From Eledone cirrhosa (lineage: Eukaryota), in contig OZ024743.1 of NCBI GenBank assembly GCA_964016885.1, forward strand, positions 328,662,001-328,726,000: 64,000 nt of DNA, read 5' to 3'. The notes beneath the pieces were generated by a model that had not been told where the DNA came from, did not search any database, and was given only the letters and a program-made list of their open reading frames with translations. Within the stretch, counting starts at the first letter, position 1; every line of letters begins with the position of its first letter. Made by a program: the position numbers and the translations under genes. Positions 11,984-22,148 of this stretch are shown here, piece after piece.

Positions 11984-12853
11984 TAGCTGAGGTACCCGGC
12001 TTCGCCCGGGAGAGCAGTTAAAAGAAGACGGATAAAAGAAAACGACTGTATTGGATGTGTTGTCTGGTATGAGGTGAGACCGTAATGTGTGTGAGAGAGA
12101 ACGAGAGAGAGACATTAAAAAAACAAACAATAAAACTTCCTTATTAGGCTGGGAGAGTATTATAGAACCCTATTATAGAAAATCATCAACTCGATTTAGT
12201 ATTTCGCCATCCAGTGTGACAAGATTTCCAGTTTCTTGGTTTAGTGATATGTACTCTGTCTTGGTAACATTTATGTGTAGACCAATGCTACCATTTAATC
12301 GGTAAAATTAATTGTGAAATAAACACAGTCAGTATGATCTTTTTCAGCTCCAAAGGACGTCATCTGAAACACAGCAATATATCGTATAACATTGCTTCTG
12401 AAGTGTTTAGTCGTTAGTACGGACTGTAAATAGTATATGGATAAAAACGGGGGGGGGGGGGGGGTAAATTAATTTCAAATAGTACCAACTCTTCTTTGTT
12501 CTGTAAAATCAAAGACTGTAAAACGAATTTATAAAAGCTAACGCAATGTGTTAGACCTTCCTATAGATCAAAGGATCTATCGTTTAAGACGTTTCTAGAC
12601 TTTCGTGGGACGTTACTCTCTCTGAATATCTAACACTTTAATTGTTTCTCTCTCTGTATAACGGCCTATTTCTCTCTTTGTCTCTCCTTCTGTGCCTCTC
12701 TCTTTAGATGTGTGTGTATGTATTTATGTGTGTAAGTGTGTGTGTGTGTGTGTGTGTAGCTTTCGTGTGATTCAACCAACCAACCACCCAACCACCCAAA
12801 CAACCAACCAACCCACCAATAAACATCTTTCTCTCTTTTATATTATATATAGA
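11983..12853 (-). mobile_element. Non-autonomous Helitron
   Basis: - strand starts TC(TATAT) and ends with hairpin cccgg-gcgaag-ccggg then CTAG. Inserted between A and T. Confidence 0.85.
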
Positions 12854-12889
12854 TATATAAATAGGTGTATAATTGAAGGACACAAAACG

Positions 12890-12962
12890 TTAGCCGGTCT
12901 TGGAATAGAACCCAGTATTTTAAGTTCGTGAATCTGACACACTAACCACTGGGCGACACGTC
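12890..12962 (-). mobile_element. tRNA-derived SINE head or tRNA pseudogene
   Basis: gtcgcccagtggttag...gggttctattcc gives box A/box B-like motifs. Acceptor stem does not pair. Confidence 0.5.
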
Positions 12963-13239
12963 TTTACACGTAAAATTTCTTTTATAAACAGTGAAAATAT
13001 AGAAATTCACTCTCACCTTCCTTTAAGATTTCTGGAGACTTAATAGGTGTCTTATCTTGATGAAATGATGAGATAATTGATGAAAAATGTCGGAAGAACG
13101 GAGGGCGTCGACGAATTACTGTCTTAAAATATAACCTAGTGTGGAAGAAAGAATTTATACAGGAGAAAGGAAGGGAAAATAAAACGAAAACAAGTTATTA
13201 CATTAGGTTGAAAATAAGAATATTCGGAGTTTTATGTGT

Positions 13240-13560
13240 TTAGTAAGCTACTTGATCTGAGATTGTGTGTTGTACATGTTTGGCAAGTGACTTGATCTAT
13301 TTTGTTGTATATGTTTCACAAGTGACTTAATATAAGACTATGTTGTACATGTCTGACAAGTGATTTGATCTGAGCTTAAGTGTTGTACATGTCTTGCAAG
13401 TGACTTAATCTGTGACTGTGTTGTATATTTTTGGCAAGTGACTTGATCTGAGACTGTATTTTGTAACTAAAACTATTACATCATGGAAGAACCATTTTAG
13501 CCACAGTTGTACATGTCTTACAGGAGACTTGATTTGGGACCGGGTGTTGAAACTAAAGCA
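13240..13560. repeat. Degenerate ~38-bp minisatellite
   Basis: Repeated caagtgacttgatctgaga..tgttgtacatgt. Confidence 0.75.
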
Positions 13561-14059
13561 ATTTCATCGTGAAAAAGTCATTTTTCTTATTCGATAACAC
13601 AAAAACTATTAAATTCTCTTATTTCTTGTGGCATACATTTTTATAGTAAGCTACCGTATATATAATTTTTCCAAGATAAGAAAGAAAGAGAGAGAGAATG
13701 AAAGAGAGAGAGGGGGAAGAAAGAATGAAAGAGAAAGGGGGGGGGGGAGAAAGAATGAAAGAGAGAGACAGAGAGAGAGGGAGAGAGGGATAAGAAACTG
13801 TTACAACATATAGCAAGAATGATAAACTGTTCTTATAAAATCAACAACAATTATGTTTATGTGGTGGATTGTCGGTGTTCCCAGAGTTTAAACACCGAGG
13901 TCGATAGAATAAAAAAAATATCTGCCAAGTATTGAGGTCGATAAAATCTACTTATACTTTCCGCCATCTTTGCTGGCCTTGTGCCGAAATTAAAAACCAT
14001 TGTAGACGTATGTGATAATTCCAGTAATTAGGGGAACAATAACTACGATCTCATAACAA

Positions 14060-14509
14060 TAACAATGGTTTCTGATTTATGCACAAGGCCAGGAATTTTA
14101 GGAGAGGGGAAAGTCGATTAAATCAACCCCATTGCATTACTGGTACTTTATTTTATCGACCCCGGAAGGATGAATGGCAAAGATAAGATAGGCGGGATAT
14201 GAACTCAGAATGTAAAGGGCCGTAACTCTATGCCACGAAACATGGTGTCTGACGCTCTACCGATACTGTCAATCCACCACCCTTAACATATGATAATGAT
14301 TTCTAAGGCACAAGGCCAGTAATTTTTTTTGTGGGGTCGATTAAATTGAGCCAGTACGTGACTGGTACTTTATTTTATCGACCCTACAACGATAAAAGGC
14401 AAAGTTAACCTCGGCGGGATTTGAACTCAGACCGTAAAGGGCCGTAACTCTATGTCGCGAAGCATGGCGTCCGACCCTCTACCGATACTGTCAATCCACC
14501 GCCCTTAAC

Positions 14510-14551
<42 letters not shown>

Positions 14552-15080
14552 GTTTCTTATATAGGCACAAGGCCAGCAATTTTAGGGGAGGGGAAAGTCG
14601 ATTTAATCGACCCCAGTGCGTGACTGGTACTTTATTTTATCGACCCCGGAAAGATGAAAAGCAAACTCGAGACCTCTGGGATTTGAACTCGAAACGTATA
14701 AAGCCAAAATAAATGCTGCAAACCATGCTCTAATGATTCTGCCAACCCACCGCCTTCTTGTGTATGTAACGGAAACTCCCGATGGAGTTGTAGGGGTAAT
14801 GTAGTGACATACGGCATCTCTTGGGATCTTTAAGACTAATCTGACCCTTCTCCAGGTCTGAACACTGTAAACTTTCTCCAGGGAGAGAAGAAGTGATAAA
14901 GAGACATAGAAGAAGAATCAACTCAGTACCAGACTCTTACTATATTTATCGACTTCGAAAAGGTGAGAGGCAAAGTTGACTTCGGCGGGATTTGAACTCA
15001 GAACGCAGAGAGCGGAAACGAATACCGCAAAGCATTCTATTCGATGTTCTAAGAATTCTACCAGTTGGCCGCCTCACCGC
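14060..15080 (-). mobile_element. Cluster of four head-to-tail SINE copies
   Basis: Copies near 14065-14282, 14297-14503, 14548-14755 and 14920-15075, with a (TAA)n tail at 14510-14550. Confidence 0.85.
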
Positions 15081-15836
15081 CCTCATAAAAACAAGTTAAT
15101 AATAATCGAACCTACAGCTAACGAGTACACATTGTTAAGAGATCAAATACAGTTAATAACTTAGAATACGTAGCTATATAATTGCACTGAAGTGATAGCC
15201 ATGTTTGATAAGCTACCATATGTAGTTATTTAATTACCTTGAATTGGTAGCCATGTTGGCGGCAGATATATTAAAATATTCACATATATCATAATGGAAT
15301 ATTAAAGGAGGGTGACGAGTGCTAGAGAGATAGTATCATAGTGATTTTAAAAAAAAAAGAAGATAATAATTAATGAAGAAGAGTTATAATTAGAGGCAGA
15401 AGGAGTATAATAGGAAATACTGGGTACCATTTGGGAAATGGCAGAGAGTTTTTACATCAGCACTCTGCCATCGGTTCGTTTATTGAAGCGAAATATGTAA
15501 TACAATCACATACACACATACAGCATCGAAAGACTGGTGTAGTGGTTCTGAGAACAATGAGGCTTTGCAGATGTTCAATGCGCATTGACAATGGAAAGGC
15601 GCTCCCGCTGAAGTTAGAAGAGAACTATTGACCTTCAGGAGAAGCAGCGACCCCTGATTGTATTCAGCAACCGAAACAATATGTAGTACACCAAATCCAA
15701 TGCTCCTAGGGGCGGCCCTGGTTCTTCTTATTTGCGAGTGTAAACTCGGCAAGATTAGATTAGATTAGACATAGTCACATAGTCCGCAAACACAGCGAGT
15801 CAAATACACACACACACACACACACACATATATATG

Positions 15837-15916
<80 letters not shown>

Positions 15917-16113
15917 CCTGATTAGTTCTTTCGTTACTTTGGTATTGTATGGTTGGGTTTTGCCTACCGCAATTTTCAATTTGTCAAGCTATTTAAACGT
16001 ATGTTATTACTCTAAGGACTTACTCTTATTGAGTGCTTTGCTACTCATTCCTTATTGTAGGTCGACTTTGCTTGGCCACAGCCAAAGCTTCGATTTTATT
16101 AAGCTTCCACTTG

Positions 16114-16149
<36 letters not shown>

Positions 16150-16188
16150 ATAGATGTGAGAAAAACCACAGACCCTCCATCTCAACTC

Positions 16189-16228
16189 TACTTTTGAAAA
16201 GCAGAAGAACTGCGAAACCGGTAAAGTA
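16189..16228 (+). ncRNA. Type I minimal hammerhead ribozyme, U3-A8 core variant
   Basis: UACUU-UUGAAAA-GCAG-aagaa-CUGC-GAAA-CCGG-UA-AAGUA. Stems I and II are perfect, loop III is palindromic, AATAAA follows immediately downstream. Confidence 0.78.
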
Positions 16229-16687
16229 ACCAAATAAATATATATATTTTTTAAAAAATAAGACACCAGTTGCATTTTCGATTTCATCTTTTTTTCTTTA
16301 TACTTTCACTCGTGTAGGACACCTCGGTTATTTTTCATTTTGTAAAAAAAACCTCACTTTCTAATATATCTATATATATATAGCCGGCTATTTCCAGTGA
16401 ATGTTTTTATCATGTTTGCCAACTCTGCAAGACATTTTAGATCATTGGTTGGGCTAAAAAACCACATTCGATCGCAGCACTGTTAATATAATGTGTGTGT
16501 GTAATCTTTTTTTATCGTGCAATGGCAATACTCGATAACGAGGGGGCATTGCTGAGAATAAGTAAGTGACATAGTCAAGTCATAGTGAATGGTCTTCAAA
16601 ATGTTTTTAATTAAACATACAGTATATTGCCAAATATACTATACATACATTCATGTATACATTGCTATTTCAGAGCACCAATACTTA

Positions 16688-17570
16688 TTAGCCGAATTAC
16701 CCGCACCTTGCTGCGTTTCACACTTTTTTTTGTAAGAAAATGATGATTGATTTTAAATCAGTGATATAATTTATGGAGAAAAACTCTGCATTTCAATATT
16801 ACTCAATGTAAAATGTCATGCATGAACAATTGGAAAACATTTTTTGTAATATATCAAATCAAAATTATATTATTAAATCTTATTCTTATTTTGTTTCTTG
16901 TAAATAATTTTTTTCAAAATATCAATTCAAAACTTTTGTGAATAGGCATCATATCTTGTCATTTACTATGGTTTAAATTTCATATAAATCGAAGGGAAAC
17001 ATTTTCATCGGAGGGTTGTGCCTTCGGGGAATCCTAATAGGGGTTGAAATTTGTTGAAATTTTATGAATAGACATATCTTGTCATTTTAATCGAAGGGAA
17101 AATATTTTCAGCGGGGGTTTTGTGCCCCCGGGGAACCCTTTGATTAAAATGAAATATACTTATCCAAATACACTGGGTAATGTAGTTTCAGAATATATAT
17201 GGTTATGGGGGTCAATCTCCAAAACCATAGGAGGAGTTCGTGAAATATTGTTCCATTTATTGGCAAAACATTTCACTATAGGGGGTTTAACTCCCATTAG
17301 AGTGTCTTGATATTATTGAAATTTGCTGAAATGTTGTGAATAGGCATCATATCTTGTTATTTAACTATGGTTTAAATTTCATATAAATCGAAGGAAAAAA
17401 TTTTCAGCGGGGTTTGTGCCCCCGGGGACTTTGATTAAAATGAAATATACTTATCCAAGTACCCTGGGTAATGTAGTTTCAGAATATATATGGTTATGGG
17501 TGGTTATGGGGGTCTATTAGGAGTAGTTCGTGAACAGACAGACAGGAACTACAACTTATATATATATATA
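16688..17570 (-). mobile_element. Non-autonomous Helitron (same family as 54682-55037)
   Basis: Near-identical to the 54682 copy, which retains the CTAG terminus. Has internal tandem duplications and a ctgtctgtctg subterminal motif near the 5' end. Confidence 0.75.
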
Positions 17571-17779
17571 TCGTAATCCCTACCATGGTTTCATATGGGG
17601 AAGAGTGTTTATTCTTCGGGGGAATTAATTCTTGAAAATCTAAGAGATATTGACCAAGAAATCATATATATTGTTCCATTTGCCGAGGCAGCATGCTGGT
17701 ATAAAAACACGTGATCAAAAATCCCTTAGCTTATTAGGACTATATGACAGGCTTATAATGTCGCTAGAAACAGCAGTCA

Positions 17780-18300
17780 ACTCGACAAATTGAGGAGTAA
17801 TATATATATACCTGATCCATATAACAACACTAACTCAAAAGATGTTCTGAAGGATAATATTTTGATTTTTCTAGGTAGATATTTCCATATTGTTCATTGC
17901 GACCCAGACTTTGGAAATTCTAATGTCAATGTCCCTTTTGATGAACTCACCCTACTGCCCAAATATAGAAAATCATCAGCTCAATTTAGTATTTCGCTAT
18001 CCAGTGTGACAAGATTTCCAGCTTCTTGGTTTAGTGATATGTACTCTGTCTTGGTAACATTTATGTATAGACCAATTTTCCTGGCAGAGAATTAGACTTT
18101 ATGAAAAAGTTCTTGATCATGATCAATGTTATTTGATAGAAGAGTTATGTTATTAACAACATCTGTATCACATATAACAGTTGGTGGGTTTCGCTTACTT
18201 CTCCTTTGTGTCAATGTAAAGCCGAGATCCACAATGGCTTCCCTCATGGAATAGTCCAGAGCGATTTTGAAAAGATATGGTGGTGCCAATGTGTCACTAA
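17780..18300 (-). pseudogene. Degenerate RTE-clade reverse transcriptase fragment
   Basis: DTLAPPYLFKIALDYSMREA..LGFTLTQRRSKR..ICDTDVVNNITLLS (decayed FADD motif), then IGLYINVTKTEY..DDFLYLGS..VLLYGS. Confidence 0.8.
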
Positions 18301-18498
18301 GTAGAATCTATATTATTGCTGACATGAGAGGGTGTTTTAAAAGAATTGATATAAATCTTTGTTAGATACATGTATAAACTTACAGTTGTAAATAAAAATC
18401 TCATTGAAAAAACTTTCATATATTTGCATAACACACAAAAGAATATATTTCTATTTTCTAAATATTTATATCAATAATTTTCGGAGGCTTGTTTGGTT

Positions 18499-18696
18499 AT
18501 GACGTCATTAAGTATGACATAGAATCGACTGGATTAACTTATTTTTCACCAAATATTCTAATTAATATGCTTGCTATTTGATAGGGAAGAATGGAATAAT
18601 GAGCACGCCAAGTCAGTATGATGTCATAGAAATCCGATCACGTGGTCAGCTTTAAAATGTTATAAAAGGCGAATTTCTGGTTGGCTTCAATCAGTT
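18499..18696 (+). promoter_or_regulatory. Pol II promoter of the protamine-like gene: CRE, CRE-like site, E-box, TATA, Inr
   Basis: ATGACGTCAT 18499-18508, ATGATGTCAT 18618-18627, CACGTG 18639-18644, TATAAAAG 18661-18668, TCAGTT 18691-18696. TATA-Inr spacing is canonical (~31 bp). Confidence 0.75.
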
Positions 18697-18757
18697 CCGA
18701 CCGCCTTGGTTTCGAGAAATCTTAATTCTTTTTTTGGTTATCTTTCCTTCATCGACG

Positions 18758-19129
18758 ATGATTTTGAAAGATAAAGTTCAGACGCTGGGCCGCAAATTTC
18801 TGGGCTCCATCAAGAGATGCCGAACGCCTTCAGTTGCCGCCGGCTATAGGCGTCGGAGAATGGCCTCTAACCGTAAACTCAATCAACAGAGTTTGTTGGA
18901 TGGAGGATTCAGAAGAACTAGGCGGCGTGTACCACGTGCACGTAGTGCTAAGCGTAGTAGACATAGAAGTAAACGACGTCAAAGCCGAGCGATTCGCGGT
19001 GGAAAGGGACGTTGGAGAAGTAGCCGTAGTAGGAGGCGCCGAAGTAGAGTTGGAGGAAGGAGACGAAGGAGGGGAAGAAAGGGAGCAAGCCGAAGCCGAA
19101 GCCGAAGACTATTTGATTCATCAAGCTAA
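18758..19129 (+). CDS. Protamine-like / sperm nuclear basic protein precursor (123 aa, intronless)
   Basis: First ATG after the Inr. Arg/Ser/Gly-rich with Arg clusters (YRRRR, SRSRRRRSR, GGRRRRRGR) encoded by mixed codons rather than a microsatellite. GC-rich island. AATAAA at 19193. Alternative ATG at 18860. Confidence 0.78.
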   Translation: MILKDKVQTLGRKFLGSIKRCRTPSVAAGYRRRRMASNRKLNQQSLLDGGFRRTRRRVPRARSAKRSRHRSKRRQSRAIRGGKGRWRSSRSRRRRSRVGGRRRRRGRKGASRSRSRRLFDSSS

Positions 19130-19192
19130 CCATTTTAACCTCACCTGAGTCAATGTAGTCTTCACCTTTCTTGACTGTTAATAATCAGTAGA

Positions 19193-19240
19193 AATAAACA
19201 CCTACAGTTAAAATTTGGTCGTTTTTATTTTTTTCTTGGT
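19193..19240 (+). terminator. Poly(A) signal plus downstream GT/T-rich element; duplicated at 19373-19416
   Basis: AATAAA followed ~20 nt later by ggtcgtttttattttttctt. Confidence 0.7.
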
Positions 19241-20023
19241 CAGTTTTGGTCAAGTTAAGGAAGCGCAGAGGCATTTTTTTCTTAACTAATCGAAGGTCAG
19301 TTTTGCTGCAAGTACGAAATGCGCTCCAGGGTGGACGCCGCTAAAGGCCTTTCTTGACTTTTAATAATCAGAAATAAACACCTACAGTTAAAATTTGGTT
19401 GTTTTTGTTTTTTCTTATCCCGTGAGAGTTGAGAATATTCTGCACAACTTGATGTGAAGGTTTCTGCTCGATCAAAAGCTCCCCAGGCTGATGACATTAT
19501 GGGAGATCCAGCTGGTTTCCTCCTAACCCAGGAGTGCTTGGTTCATCCCTTTGAGCCAGAGAATCTGTGAATATTCTGCTCAGGTGCATTACAAAGCATT
19601 TTTTTCTTATGGGTGTGATGTTGTGGGGTGGAGAGTTTCTGTATATTACAGGTGTGTAGGCATGGGTGTGGTGTGGTGGGGTGGGGAGTTTCTGTATATT
19701 ACAGGTGTGGTATGGTGGAAGTATACGGAATCATATACAGTATGTTTATGGAATTCTTCTTCTTCGGATGAACTTACTCCTTTGCTGCTAAGCTTCCGAA
19801 GAATATTCCAGAAACGGTGCTGGTAGGTTTTCTCCCTTCGTTCTCGAAGTCAACCTCTTCAACGGTCTTCCGCTTACACAACTTCCGTCCACTTCAAGCA
19901 CTTGTTTATACACCATTTTCCCTCTTCTGCATCACATGTTCATACCAGCGCAGTATTTCCTCTTGTACAATACAACTCGTTCCCTTTTCAGCTCATTTGT
20001 CTGTCTATCATTCATATGTACAT

Positions 20024-20211
20024 TATTGTTTCTACTTTTGGCACAAGGCCAGCAATTATCCCAGTGTATTACTGGTACTTTATTTTATCGACCTCGTAAG
20101 GATGAAAGGCAGTTAACATCGGCGGGATTTGAATTCAGACCATAAAGGGCCGTAACTCTTTGCTGCAAAGCATGGCGTCCGACCCTCTACCGATACTGCC
20201 AATCCACCGCC
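20024..20211 (-). mobile_element. SINE copy (inverted partner at 20873-21052, + strand)
   Basis: Match to the dominant SINE family. Confidence 0.85.
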
Positions 20212-20548
20212 TTTTCATGTGTACATTATACGCCAAGTGAACATCCTTGCCTCATTACATTCTAGTCGTTAAATATCTACATTCAAGGTCTGTCTCGTTA
20301 TCAGGCAGTATTGCAGCTTATGTATAAACACACAACCTGTGCTTCAGTCTGAAAAAGAAACTGTTACCAGCTGAGCTAAAGCTTTTGGAACACTGCTGAT
20401 TAGGTTACCTAGGTAACAAAACCCAACAAATAATTCGTTGGGAGCTGTCATGGCATTTGAGAGGAGTCTGTGTGCTGTTAACACTTACTGATCCTGTGCA
20501 CTTATTACATATGAAATCTAACTTCATTAGCTTGCTTGCAATCTCACC

Positions 20549-20690
20549 GGAGCCGCATGGCTTAATGGTTAGGATGCTGGACTTGCAATCATAAGTAGTC
20601 GGTTCGATTTCTGGCCAGGGTGTTGCGTTGTGTTCTTGAGCAAGACATTACTATATTTTACGTTGTTCCAGTACACTCAGCTATACATGA
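20549..20690 (+). mobile_element. Second tRNA-derived SINE family (V-SINE-like)
   Basis: Box A tggcttaatggttag, box B ggttcgatttc, then gttgtgttcttgagcaagaca. Related copy at 27245-27520 (-). Confidence 0.65.
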
Positions 20691-21119
20691 CAAAAAAGTA
20701 CAATAATAGAAATATTATACGTTATAAAATAAATAGGATATGTTGGTCTCAATATGTAAACTAAACCAATTCTGGTTTTTTTAAATATCAACGGGGACAA
20801 CCTAGAAAAATTACCAATTTTCCACCCCCCGCACCCCCCCCTACCAATTTGGGACTTAAGAGTAGACCATTCGGATTGGCAGTATCGGTAGAGGGTCGGA
20901 CGCCATGCTTTGCAGCAAAGAGTTACAGCCCTTTATGGTTTGAGTTCAAATCCCGCCGAGGTTAACTGCCTTTCATCCTTACGGGGTCGATAAAATAAAG
21001 TACCAGTAATACACTGGGACAATTGCTGGCCTTGTGCCAAAAGTAAAAACAATTTTTCACCAGATTTACTTAGTTTTGAGATATAAATACATATTTATAT
21101 ACACACTATACTTTATACA

Positions 21120-21440
21120 CATACACTACACCACACACACTCTACTTTTTATACACACTACACCACACACTCTACTTTATACTCACACTACACCACACAT
21201 TATACTTTATACACATACTCACACTACACCACACATTATACTTTATACACATACTCACACTACACCACACATTATACTTTATACACATACTCACACTACA
21301 CCACACACTCTACTTTATACACATACTCACACTACACCACACACTCTACTTTATACACATACTCACACTACCCCACACACTCTACTTTATACACATACAC
21401 TACACTACACACTACTTTATACACATACACTACACTACAC
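21120..21440. repeat. ~30-bp minisatellite
   Basis: Unit tactttatacacatactcacactacaccacac.. repeated. Confidence 0.85.
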
Positions 21441-22148
21441 ACACACCACATTACACGCACACTATATTACACACACAATACATTACAGTGTGTGTGTGAG
21501 TATACATGTGTATGTGTGTGTATATACATTGTGTGTGCGTGTATACATTGTGTATGTGTGTGTGTGTGTGTGTGTGCAGAGATAACAAATATACCTAGCA
21601 GACATCTCTTCTGAAAGGTGTTCCTTCTTCGAATCCAATAATCAGTAACTTGCCATATATCGATTACTTCAAGTCAATTGATTTTTGTGACATATAACAC
21701 ACGCTGCCCGCTCTCACTTCCCCACTACCAGAAACACACACAAAAAAAACAAAAAACAATACATATAAATAAATAAAAATAATAACACAATTACACGTTT
21801 TGTTTTTGTTTAATATATAATTGAAATATAAGTTTTTATTAATATTTATATATTTTATTTATATATATATATATATTTATTTTACTTTCAGTTTTGTCAC
21901 TATTCATTCAACCCTTCTTTCTTTATTTCTTTTTCTTTTCTTTTCTTTTTCTTTCACACGCTCAATCATCCGTTTCTTGTGCTTTTATACACATTACATT
22001 CAATATCTTTCTTTTTAAGCCATTCTCTCTATCACACTCATCGTTTTAAATATAATCTCTATGCATTATTTTTTTTATATAGATTTAATAAAACATTTAA
22101 AATTATATACATATACATATATATATATATGTATATATATTCTTTCTA

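Noticed and set aside
15400-15760. GC-richer island with short ORFs
   Set aside because: No recognisable motif in any frame; probably an old TE fragment, unassignable by eye.
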